Part shown: in pieces, positions 46,996 through 59,416 of the stretch
Position numbering within the stretch: position 1 is the first letter of the stretch
How the letters are laid out: each line of letters opens with the position of its first letter
Assembly (NCBI GenBank): GCA_951406725.2
Contig: OX597814.1
Location: 13,640,001 to 13,704,000, forward strand
Direction of reading: 5' to 3'
DNA length: 64,000 bases
Origin: Octopus vulgaris
Taxonomy: Eukaryota
Notes under the pieces: model-generated
Seen by the model: only the letters and a program-made list of their open reading frames with translations
Databases searched by the model: none
What the model was told of the DNA's origin: nothing
Position numbers and translations under genes: made by a program

Positions 46996-47469
46996 CCATA
47001 TCAGACTTGCAATAAGGTTTAACACATGGACTATATTCTTGATTTCGTCGTAAGAGCCAACTTCAGTCATATGGCCTCAGAGTGTTCTTATCGACTAGTT
47101 CACACTTGGAGCGAAAGAAGAATCAGCAAAATTTATATTTTTGCGATTACAAAGTAAACTTTTCATCCATTTGTCCATGGCAGTGCTTTAAATATATTTT
47201 TAAAATATTTAATATTTAAAAATTGTTAAGTGAAAAAAAAATAATGGAAAATGTGTACCTAAATTTTTTTCTAGAATAAAGTCTCGATTCATTTATATAG
47301 ATAATATCCCAGTAACGTTCACCCCATGACGGCAAAAGATTTCATTATCTTAGTTTCCTTCCTATTTCGCAACATTTGCAAGAAGCTTTATAGATTAGAA
47401 GAACATTATCATTCTGGGAAAAGTTGAGCGAAAGACTGAGATGAAAATCAAAATAACAGTGTGCAGCAT

Positions 47470-48140
47470 GTCATCGTTATTTTGATTCCAAGTATTATGA
47501 ATAGTATGAGTGAATGACAGGATGTCCCATTTTGTACAAACTTTTCTGTTTGCCTATGACTTTTATTTTGTCACCATAAGAAAATGAATAACAACTAATT
47601 ATTGAGATTTGCACAATTTCAGGACACCTTTGAAAAAATAAAGATCGTAGAAATATCTGAATTCCGTAATTGCACTGGAAAGTTTTGCCGATGACGAATT
47701 GATACAGAGACCGATATCTGGAAGGCAGCTTTGGTTCAGTACCTTGATTAAGTCGAGGTAAATCAAAATATAATGAAAACGTTAATTCATTTTATTTAAA
47801 TTTTGGTCTTTCAGGAAGTACCATTTGGTGGCCACGATGAAACATAAGAATCAAGAATTAAGGGTGATTTTCTGGCTTATGTGAATCACTAGAAGAATAC
47901 AATGTTTAAGATTGCATTGAGATTACGTTCAGATTTCATGAAGTAGAATGACAACCCAATTCTTTCTGGACCTTTAAGTGATACTCAAAAGGAGATCATT
48001 TAATTGTAGCTAGTACGAATAAAGGCGAAATTAAAGCAATGATGGAAAAACAGCGTTTGTTGCTGTTATGTTTGGTGGGAATACGGATATCTTAAGAAGG
48101 AAACGCCTCAACGAAATGATTTTGTGATACGCCGATATCG
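47470..48140 (+). mobile_element. hAT Tip100/ZMYM1-like transposase relic
   Basis: TTF-finger-like RYFDSKYYE*YE*MTGCPILYKLFCLP; ILVFQEVPFGGHDET*ESRIKGDFL (cf. QELAFRGHDE..GNFL); SDTQKEII; AFVAVMFGGNTDI. Confidence 0.65.
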
Positions 48141-48712
48141 GGTTATTATAAATATAACTTAATTTGACGTCATTGGTTTTAAGCAAATAGGCTACATTTA
48201 ATTATACAGACATTGTCAGCAAGATAATTACAATTTTCTTTCTTTCCTTCTTTCCTTTCTTTCTTTCTTTCATTCTTCCTTTCTTTCTTTCATCGTTTCG
48301 TTTTCTGTCTTTCTTTTCTCTCCACTCTCTCGTTCTCCTCTTCAACTGTCTCTTCATTCCCTAACCATACTTTTAACTACGTTGTTATTAACACTTCACG
48401 TGTCCATATTATCACGGTCTACTTTCAGTTTCATTTTCATTTACTTTTTGTTTCATACCGATATTAGCAAAACACAAAACTCTGGCAGACGCACAAGGTA
48501 AGAGCGCGCAATCGATGCAGCTATGAAGACGGAACAATATGCTGTTTCCTTAGAACTGTCTTTTTGCTATTCTCTCTGTGATACTTAATGTATATGTTGA
48601 ATCCAGCATCAAGTGACTGCGACAGAGCTAAATGCTTCGACTTGCCAATATTCCGTCATATATCTCCGTCTCACTTTTACACACACGCGCACATCCAGAG
48701 ACACGTGCGCGT

Positions 48713-48809
<97 letters not shown>

Positions 48810-49311
48810 TGTATACATATATTTCTATACAAGTTGAAATGTATGCGTGTGTTTTTGTGTTTGTGTGTTACAGAAATGTTTGTCATCAGGATTTGGATGA
48901 AAGCTGTATCTTTTCGGCCCTTTGATTGATTCATTATGAATCCCTGACATGGAATCCTGAAAACTGCCTTTTTCTTAACATATTAAATCTGGACGAGACA
49001 TCAAACAATCTGTCTCTCTCTCTCTCACTTCTTCCTCTCTCTCTACCCTCTCCTTCTCTTTCTTTCTCACACACTCGTTCTCACTGTCTCTCTCTCCCCT
49101 CTCTCTCTGAATGTACATATACATAATATGTAGATAGATAGATTTATGGCTAGATAGACAGATAGGAACTGACACACACACACACTCACACACACACACA
49201 TACACACACACACATATATATATAAATGTATATTTATAATTATCTCTCTAGACATATACATAAATACATACACAAACAAACACACATGCACACAAAACAT
49301 ACACACTCTCA

Positions 49312-49366
<55 letters not shown>

Positions 49367-49974
49367 CCAGTTAAGTGCATATATTACAATATGTGTACTT
49401 GTTACTAAGAAGGACATTACTTTCTCCTGGAATTCCTTAAGAAAGCTGGGAATAAAACAAAATAAGAGAAAATTCAAATGACTGTTTAAAATACTATATA
49501 TTTGAACAATAATATATTGCACAGAAAGAGTCTTCCTTAAACATACGAGGAGTATGTACTATATTTATAATTTCGACAATCCCTTGTGTTTACAGAAATT
49601 AGAAATTTCAAAATGGTTTCCAAACTCAAATTTGAATTTTCCAATTACGTGGTGTCATGTGTTTTCCGAGCATTTTATTTATAAGACTTTTCTATTAAAT
49701 ATTTAATTATTGAAGAGTATCAGCAGGTGGAATCTTCGGCTTTTTATTCTGTTTACGTGAAGGGCATTATCGTGTAACAGGTTAAAGGGAAAATAAGTTA
49801 ATTTGGAATCATTTGTTTGAAACAAATAGGCTATATATTAATTTTCAGCGATGCTCATACTTAGGACGGAAATTACATTCGTTTATCTTTTACAGTCACT
49901 TTTTTTGTCTTTCTTTCCTTCTTCCTTTTTTTCTCTTTTCTTTTCTTTCGTTCTTTTTTGTTTCGTTCTTCCTC

Positions 49975-50006
<32 letters not shown>

Positions 50007-50098
50007 TGTATGTATGTATGTATGTATGTATGTATGTATGTATGCATGTATGTATGTTTGTATGTATGTATGTATGTATGCATCTATCTATCTATCTA
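49975..50098. repeat. (TATG)n/(TATC)n microsatellite
   Basis: Direct repeat. Confidence 0.95.
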
Positions 50099-50189
50099 AT
50101 TACTTCTCCATCTGCCTACCAATCAATATATCAATCAATCTATCTATCTACCTATCTATCTATTTATATATTCTTATCTTTTATTTTTT

Positions 50190-50412
50190 ACCTATTTCAG
50201 TCAATAAACTGCGGTCATGTTGGGGCACCGCCTTGAAATTTATTTTATTTGAATGGATCGCCTCCGGTATTTATTTATTTAAACCTGGTTCATATTCAAA
50301 CGTTTTGTTTTGCCGAACTTCTAAGTCACGTGGACGTAAACATACCAACTCCGGTTGTCAAGTGGTGATGGGGTCAAACACAGACACATAGGTATTATAC
50401 ACACACAAACAC

Positions 50413-50455
<43 letters not shown>

Positions 50456-50618
50456 CGTTGGGCTTCTTAAACTTTCCGTCTATCAAATCCACTCACAAGG
50501 CTTTGGTTCACCAGAGGCTATAGTAAAAGACACTTGCTCAAGGTGCTAAGCAGTGGGACAGAACCTGGAACCACGTGGGTGGAAGCATGTTTCTTACCAC
50601 ACAGCCACGCGTACGCCT
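50190..50618 (-). mobile_element. SINE family A, near full length
   Basis: Reverse complement of family A head (CTTACCACACAGCCAC on +), body and tail. Confidence 0.85.
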
Positions 50619-50699
50619 ATATCTATCTTTTATATATTTATATATTTTTACATTTGTATATATATCTTTATATTTCTATGTATATTCTTATTTCAGTTA

Positions 50700-51110
50700 G
50701 AAGACGGCAGCCAACCTGGCTACTGGGAGAACTTCTATTCTCTAGAGAGAAAGTGTGAAAGATATGCAATGATATACATATGGAAGATCATAAAAAAGCC
50801 GAGTTACTAACTTCGGAGCTGAACATTATAACAAAAGCTGGAGTGTATAATACTACACAGTACCAAGGCTCTCGTTCTTCTTTATTTGTACAGAAAGGGT
50901 CCCGTACTGCAACAAATTGTGTCCCATTGGTCTACAAATGTTCAATATTCTGCCTGACAGCCTTAGGGATTTGTAAAGTGTCGATGCAGGTATCTTCAAA
51001 GCACGCCTGCACAAATATTTTTCTGAAATACCAGATGAAACCATATCGTAGCAAGAGGCACAAAGAATAGCAATTCTGTCCAACTCGCTACTTCACAAGA
51101 AACTGTAGAG
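50700..51110 (+). mobile_element. CR1/L2-group LINE 3' remnant
   Basis: YSLERKCERYAMIYIWKII (cf. SLERRRERY.IIY.WKI), QMFNILPDSLRD, FKARLHKYFSEIPDE. Confidence 0.75.
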
Positions 51111-52059
51111 GAATGAAAACCAATCACACTTAAAAGCAGTGCGCCGACATAGCCTCAAACGTGAATAATAAAATATAGCTATACTTATATACAGTTGTTA
51201 TAAGTCAAGATACATATGTAGGTGTGTACGTGTCTCTGTGTGTGTGTGTATGTGTGTGATTTGGATTAATGTGTTAGGAGGTTAGAGTGCAAAATATGTA
51301 TTTATGAATGACAAACGGACACGATTTTAATAATTAACTTCATTACCGCACAACTCTTTCTGCTATAAGAAGTATCGGTACTTACAGATGACGAAGCTGC
51401 ACAAACTATCAGCTCTGAGCACACTGCTTATTATTTTATCAATATAGAAAATAATGTGGAAATGGAATGTAATAGTAAGAAAAAGAACACGTAGCCCCTG
51501 GAAATGAATGCGTTCAAAAGAACGTGATATATAAATGTACAGATAGAACGGAAGCAGTTGCATTTGAATATGTTGGTGGGACGAAAAATATAGCAATCAT
51601 ATTGTATCGTGTAAAATCATTAGCAAGAAGTACATTTCCGCCGCCGGCCTTGTCTAGGGAATTAAGGAAAGAAACGTACAATACTGCATGACATGGACAG
51701 TGAAAGCATTAATATACGTAGAATAAATTTTCCAGTAACTGTAATCATTGTTCTAAAGAGACACTATGCATTTTGACATTGACAGATTAACAGGAAAATT
51801 GTCAATCCAAACTAGTTCCTAAATTAAACCATAATCCAAAAGTGAAAAGATTTAAGATCGAAAAATATTTTTGATGCTATCTTTTTAATGTATTTTAATT
51901 TACTTTAATCATATTCTACTTGTTTCTGTTTTGAAAATAATTATGTTGTATGTAAGGTGTACGTATGAAACTTCTGTGACGGATTAACTTTGAAATCAAC
52001 TTGTATTAATATAAATCGTGAAAACAGTAAGAATGTATGTAAGAAGCGTGTTTGTGCTG

Positions 52060-52194
<135 letters not shown>

Positions 52195-52301
52195 GATATG
52201 TTATACATATTTTCTAAAAGGATACAAAAGCTAGACAGTGATAAATTAAATTTGTACAGAAGCAGATTCTAGTTTGGAATAGATCCTGATGGTTTTCTGT
52301 A

Positions 52302-52349
<48 letters not shown>

Positions 52350-53924
52350 TAACGGGGATGTTTCTCTGTGTGTGTGTGAGTGTGTGTGTATGTGTGTGTG
52401 TGTAACTAAGATACTTTTCAAATAAATAGTTGATAAGCACGGAAATAGTTTTTATCATTTTGTCACATTATCATCTCCAAACGCTTAATTACATTCGTCA
52501 TTCAGATTGTCTTGTACTTTCTATTAAGCTGACCATGAAGAAAGATAGAATTGTAATTTATAGTTAACTTGATATTGATTATTTTTATTTCTTTTGCGAA
52601 TGTTTGCTTTTTTGTTTCTGCAATTCTTATTATTTGATTAGACTTGCGTTTTATTTCTCACGATATCTGTGGATTTAGTTTTATCTGTAAATTGCTGAAA
52701 ATAACACACTGCTTGGGCTTTTATTTCTCGTAGAGATCGTAACGGAGTTATGATGTAATGACAGATTTATTTAAACTAATACCCGAAGAAACATATTCAA
52801 CACATTTGACGGATGATATTCATTACGCAATTTCTTGAATATATCATCTCAACATCTTACTATGGTCGTAGTAGTGACACGAAGTAAAGAATGCTGTTCA
52901 ATGCATTTCGTCTTTATAATTACACAACGTTTTCCTTCGACCCTAGGTTATAGCAGAAAACACTTTCCATTGGAACTGAACCCAGAATGGGAGGTGGGTG
53001 GATGAGTGATGACTGAGAGGACATACGTTAGAGACACATATTTTACCTGAAGTATTTTATAGATTTCTGGATATTTAACATTTCAGTCCCATACATTTCT
53101 CCAGTGGGAAACAAACTTTTTGGAAGTCAAAGAAATGTGCACATTGTTAAAGACTGATGATCACGTCACATCTCTCCCACATACCATCAGAAGCACTCTG
53201 AAGTGTTTCATAAGCGACTGGGCATAAAAGCAGGTAGTCGTAGTAAAGATCGCGTTAGACTAAGATTGAAAGTGATTGTGTTTACATTTACACGCATTTG
53301 ACTGTAGTATTGAAATACATAAGTTTTGTGATTCAATACACACTGCAGTTTGAATGTAATATGTATAGAAAATTGTGGCCATGTATGCTAAGAGTTAAAC
53401 ACAAATGATATGACAAAAATACGAAAGAAAGAAGCAATTTTATGCAGTCAATAGAAGATAGTAAGACGAATTTAATAGCCACTTCAGCAAATGCTTATAA
53501 CTGAAAGAAAAAAAGAAATCCGGGATAGAGATTCGTTATACATATCTAGAAACCATATGGAATGGAAGAATATTAGTGAGTTACACACAGAAGATACTAA
53601 ATCAGCTATATAAGCATATATTTAAGACAGGTGCAAGATATGTAAAAGTACACAAGTTTACCTGTGCTCATATACATGATTAGGATAAAGTCATTAATTA
53701 ATGATTTATCAGTGGCTTGCTTACAAAAAAATAATATGTGTTAAATATTTATTTGAAATATAATTATAAAAATATAAATATAATGGAGGGCGCTGGAGGG
53801 AAACCACCTGTACGCTAGAAATAGACGTCAAACCACTACAAACCACTTACTTTGTTACTCTGATTAACACAAGGCTCTCTGCAAGGGAAATGGACAGAAG
53901 GATTTATAAAGATATTGTGGACAG

Positions 53925-53985
53925 CTCTATATCTCAAGATTTCATGTTTTGTGACGTTAAAATCGCTTTACGTTCTTCAGTAGAG
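53925..53985 (-). ncRNA. Type I hammerhead-like ribozyme with intact core
   Basis: Minus strand CTCTA-CTGAAGA-[imperfect stem II]-GAAA-TCT-TG-AGA-TA-TAGAG; stem I perfect, AUA triplet. Confidence 0.65.
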
Positions 53986-54010
53986 TACACCGACCGTAAA
54001 TAAATGAGAA

Positions 54011-54069
<59 letters not shown>

Positions 54070-54142
54070 AAATATAGAGTAATACAAATACAGATATATA
54101 CATGTATTTCATACAGACATACCCCTACACATGTACACACAA

Positions 54143-54199
<57 letters not shown>

Positions 54200-54208
<9 letters not shown>

Positions 54209-55056
54209 GGTACAAGAACGCAAAACAGCCAGAAGACGATAAAGAAAAACACGGACGGGGTATTCGAAGCCTCTAATCTTCAGTCAAGAACCGGATCATC
54301 CTCGCAATTTTAGCTGATTAATCTTGAGATTGCTCGAATCTGGTCAGCCCCAAGGGAAAACTAAGCTAAGAGCTTGAGATTCCTTGGGAAAAAGCTTCGA
54401 ATGTATACGAAACAAAGACGGAAAAAGACGATGTTACACGAATATAAATACAAAAATAATACAAAAAACAATAATAATAATAATAACAGGACATCACAAC
54501 AGGCGTCTTTCCACTGTAGACGAATTGAATTCAGCTGGCGTGTTAGGAATTAAGCCTTGCGACAGAGCAAAAGCGTCGATGTGACAGTGACCGCTGCCAA
54601 ACCCAAAACGGTCAGTAGGCGGCCAACGGTCTCGTGAGAAGAGGAGAGGAAAAGAGGAACAAAAATGGGACAAGAAAAAACAAGGATGGGTCATTCGCAG
54701 TTTTGTTTCCTCAGTCGGGTTCCAGACCCCTGTTGTTAATATCCTGTTATCTGCATTTATAATTTTGTACAATCCCTCCGTTTTGTCGTCCTTGTTTTCC
54801 TTGTTCCAAGGAATCTGGTGCTCTTACTTTAGCTTTTCCTCGGGACCTGCCAGATTGGAGCAATCTAGATTATAACCAAATGAAATTGCATATATAATCT
54901 GGAACACAACCCAGGAAAGAAACTCCCAATTACCCGTCATTGCTTTTTTCTTGTCCCTTTTTTGCATCATCTAACTCTTTGGATGTATGGCATTCTTGTC
55001 CCATTTTATATTCCTTTTTATATACATATGGCGGCGTATGTACACAGTATATGTAA

Positions 55057-55132
<76 letters not shown>

Positions 55133-55265
55133 GTTTTTATTATTATTTTGCAATTTACTTAATCATCGGTATATTATTGCTATTTTAATATGTCTATTAT
55201 ATGTAAGTTTCTAGATGGTGCAATTTAATTGTTCATTTTGAATTGACAAAAGTTGTTTTTTTCTA

Positions 55266-55335
<70 letters not shown>

Positions 55336-55502
55336 TGCAGATAACAGGTTATTAATAACAGGGGTCTGGAACCCGACTGAAGAAACAAATATATACATAT
55401 TATAATTTGTGAAATTTAATTTAGTATTTCTAAATTGAATTTTTCTCTGAAAGTTAGGAATGATATTCCCTCAAATAGTAATTATTATATACAGAGAGAA
55501 AG

Positions 55503-55591
<89 letters not shown>

Positions 55592-56190
55592 TATTTTGTA
55601 CGACTCTCTTATTCTTTCATTCTTTTTTTCTATCACCCACTTCACACTTACTTCGTTCATTCCACTCTTCTTTCTTTCGTATCCCCTCTCTCACTTTTCC
55701 TGAAGTTATCTTCATTCTCATCTTCCCTCGTCTTTCATTTCCCTCTTTCCCGTTCCTTTTTTTCTCGTCCCTTCCACTTCTTCTATACCTCTGCCTCTAC
55801 ATCTCTCCTCTCCATCCACGTGACTAGTGTTCGGCCAAGTCTGATCTTCCTTTTCCTTGTTTTGGTTTGACTAACATCCGTGCAACAGCAATATTCCTCC
55901 CGATGCGTGTCTTCACTTATGCTCCTTCTGTAAGGACGCACCTCCACACATACCAGCTTAATATAATTCGTCCTTAATCGGAAGACACATGATGTTAATA
56001 TCCTGTTATTTGCATTTGCATTTGTGTACCATTCCTCCGTTTTTCTCCGTCCTTGTTTTCTTTTCGCATATATACGCTGTTTTCTTCTAAGGAATCTAGT
56101 GCTCTTAGATTAGTTTTTTTCTTGGGAGTGGTCAGACTTGAGCAATCTGGAGCATATCAGCCGAAATTGGAAAGATAACGTGGAACTCAA
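54200..56190. mobile_element. Several copies of one non-coding repeat in both orientations (probably Penelope-type termini)
   Basis: CCAAGGAATCT..GCTCTTA..TTAG..CAGATT.GAGCAATCT unit at ~54300-54390 (-), ~54805-54890 (+) and ~56085-56170 (+); GTTAATATCCTGTTAT unit repeated. Confidence 0.6.
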
Positions 56191-56194
56191 CTGA

Positions 56195-56427
56195 TTATCT
56201 GGAACTGCCCATATCCTGCGTAAAATACTGTCTATGTAATCTCAAATTTTAAAAGAAACACATAAGTTTCTTATTGTTTCTTAAACATCCTCTAGAATAA
56301 CACTATGTAAAAAACGAAATATATGCCACCCTAAGCATAACCCCATCATGAACTTCTAACTTGTTGTCGCTTGAGTTCTCTGGAGGAAACTTGGATCCAA
56401 CTTCTACAAATGCAAATCAAGCATAAA

Positions 56428-56428
<1 letters not shown>
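56195..56428 (+). mobile_element. R4/Dong-like LINE extreme 3' end
   Basis: GTAHILRKILSM* plus 3' UTR ending at (TAA)n. Confidence 0.7.

Positions 56429-56501
<73 letters not shown>
56428..56501. repeat. (TAA)n microsatellite
   Basis: Direct repeat. Confidence 0.97.
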
Positions 56502-56503
<2 letters not shown>

Positions 56504-57371
56504 TACCAGAAACACACGCACCAATGGTTACGAAGCTCAGGGCTAAAAGCAGAGAGTGAAGGTTTCATATTAGCTGCTCAATACCAAAGCTTATTAACCC
56601 GGAACTACCAAGCCAATGTGATGAAAAATGGAGCTGACCCAAAATGCCGATTCCGTAACGATGAGATTGAAACAATAGACCACATAATCTCAGGGTGTAG
56701 AGTCTTAGCACCTGAAGAATATAAAGCAAGACATGACAGAGTCGGCCAGTATTTACACTGGACAATATGTTGGCATTATAAAATCAAAACCGCTGACAAA
56801 TTCTATAAACATCATCCTGAAGCTGTGACTGATGGAGAAAATGTGTCGATTCTATGGTACTTCCCCGTACAGACCGACAGGACTACAAAAGCCAATAAGC
56901 CGGATATCATTAGAAAAGATCAGACAAAAAGGATGTGTTTATTAATTGACATAAGTATTCCCTGTGCTCACAATATAGCGGCGAAAGAATTTGACAAGAT
57001 TAGTAAATATAAAGACCTGCTAATAGAATATGTGGCATCGCAAGGCGACTACAGTACCAGTGATTGTAGGATATCTGGGAATTATAAAAAAGGTACTGAA
57101 ACCTATTTGAAAATTATTCCAGGCTTAAAATCCCTACAGGAATTGCAAAAAATCGTATTAACTGGAACGGCTCATGTACTGAGAAAAGCACTATCGCTGT
57201 GAAAATAAAATCCATCCTTGAATTTATTTATTTATTAATTTTTAAATACATATTTCATCTGTGAATTTGCGCGTGTAATCTGTGAATGCATACAATGCCC
57301 TTCTCTGCCCTAGGTGTATGGAAAATACTCGGCGAGAAACGGAAGAAAATTTGAAGAAAGAAGGAAAAAAC

Positions 57372-57372
<1 letters not shown>
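56502..57372 (+). mobile_element. 5'-truncated R4/Dong-like LINE (restriction-like endonuclease domain)
   Basis: CRF..ETIDHIISGC knuckle, RHDRV, KPDII..LIDISIP, KISKYKDL, GTAHVLRKAL*; bounded by (TAA)n on both sides. Confidence 0.92.
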
Positions 57373-57429
<57 letters not shown>

Positions 57430-57490
57430 CAGCTACAAAAACATACAAAAATACCTTAAGAATGAGAGCCCAGGTTCGAAACTTTCCCAA

Positions 57491-57536
57491 GACACCTGAT
57501 GAATGCTGGAGGTTATATCAGCCGAAATGTTGTGTT
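57491..57536 (+). ncRNA. Minimal type I hammerhead-like motif in a Penelope-type terminal repeat (~57430-57590)
   Basis: GACAC-CTGATGA-atGCTG...CAGCc-GAAA-TG-TT-GTGTT. Confidence 0.65.
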
Positions 57537-57853
57537 AACAAGAAACAAGATGAGGACAAATATCCGTCAAATGTAAATAATGTAAATAATGTGCTGGTTT
57601 GCAAGTATGTTCAGAATCACGCGGTAAGAGAGTAGTAGAGTAAAAGTAAAACAGATAAGTGAGAAATGGAAATAACATTGAGAGAGGGAGTGGGACCAAA
57701 CAGCGCCTCTCGCTCTCTCAAAAACATTTTCACTTTATTATTGAACGGTGCCTTTCTCACCATCTATCTATCTCCCTGCAGACGCACACGCACACACATA
57801 CTCACATACACACTACATCTCTCTCTTTTTCACTCACTCTCTCTTTATTTATT

Positions 57854-57911
<58 letters not shown>

Positions 57912-58300
57912 AATAACAACATTTTCATTTTTATTGGATAAACTGATTTTGTTCTGGTAAACATTAATAACAATCAGATAAGTAAATAAGATTTTTGCAC
58001 CTTAAAATTATTTTTTCTGTGTTTTTATGGATGTTTGATGGTTCTGGAAGATTCTTCTGCTTAAAAAGCTACAAAGCTAATAGAATATAAGATAAGTAAA
58101 TAAGTAGTAATTTCTAAGCCATAAGATAATATTGTCTGTTTAAAGAATGCTATAAAAGAAAGGAAGGTAATTCTGAATATTTACAAACACTTGTCGATAC
58201 AATGATGTTTGTAAATATTTATGAATGAACAATTTTGCTAAGGCGGTGAAGTTTGTTTTCAAGATCTTTTTCTGTTTCAGGCGGTAAAGAGAGAGAGAGA

Positions 58301-58347
<47 letters not shown>

Positions 58348-58437
58348 CATAGACATTGGTGGAAAAATAGTTCTGTATACATGCCGTTAATGTAATCTTG
58401 TGTAATTTGGAATTGTGTATGTTTAAGTATAAAAATG

Positions 58438-58737
58438 TGGCGGCGCAAAGGCCCAGTGGTTAGGGCAGCGGACTCGCAGTCGGAGGATCGCAGTTTTTAT
58501 TCCCAGACCGGGCTTTGTGTGTGTTTATTGAACGAAAACACCTAAAGCTGCACGGGGCTCCAGCAAGGGGTGTACTCTTTCGCCCCAACTTTCTCTCATT
58601 CTTTCTTCTTGTTTCTTGGATAACGCTGCGATGGACTGGCGTCCCGTCCAGCTGGGGGGGGGTACATAAGCCACAGAAACCGGGAAATCGGGCCCATGAG
58701 ACAGGCTAGGCTTCAAAAGTGCGCAAATAAAAAAAAA
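58438..58737 (+). mobile_element. SINE with family C head and a different 3' half
   Basis: 58438-58610 matches 17665-17850; then GCGATGGACTGGCGTCCCGTCCAG..GAAACCGGG and an A-rich tail. Confidence 0.85.
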
Positions 58738-58844
58738 TTAATAAGTATAGAAATATAAACAAACTAGCGTGTACACACTCACACAGGTATACTCATTTGT
58801 TTTGTAGTTTGTGTCCCGTTGTATTAAATATTCACATCGAACTG

Positions 58845-59250
58845 CTATGGAGAATGAATCAGACAGTAAGCGGTCGTTAGCCAGAGAGAGACAAAAGCGA
58901 AGAACAGCCAGTCACACTCAGAAAGAACTGGACGCAAGAAGATTAAAGAATACTATTATTAAATCAACCACAAGAAGTGACAAAAGAGGGACGAGCGCAT
59001 GACTCAAGCAGACACTGGAAGACGTCAAAATGAAAAGCAGCATCTAATTGCACATGGGTGTGATATCTAAATAGAGGAAGAAGCACAAAAGCGTCACGAT
59101 GAAACATAAGAGCAAGCAACAGTGAGGAGTAAATATCTAAGATTGAGAGCATCGCAAAAGCGACGATATGAAACGGAAGAGGGAGCAAAATAAGGAAAGA
59201 AATCGAAAAAGAAAGAACATCGAGGAGAAGAATGCAAGAGTAATTAATAC
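58845..59250 (+). pseudogene. Decayed charged-repeat coding relic (STPR-like, possibly Helitron N-terminus)
   Basis: ARERQKRRTASHTQKELDARRL; AQKRHDET*EQATVR; SQKRRYETEEGAK. Confidence 0.35.
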
Positions 59251-59416
59251 TGAAACGGACCATCCAAAACAAGGCAACCTCATTGGTGTTAGGGCTTTCA
59301 CTAGAAACGTGATGTTGATGCAATTTCTGAGATAAAGGCTGTAATGCTTTTATTTTAATCTTTTTTCCCGTATGATTAGGCGCAGGAGTGGCTGTGTAGT
59401 AAGTAGCTTACTAACC

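Noticed and set aside
47758-47814. Apparent 57-nt GT-AG intron
   Set aside because: It reads in frame as VNQNIMKTLIHFI*ILVFQ, the expected hAT helix before the FRGHDE-like motif, so it is decayed transposase coding sequence.
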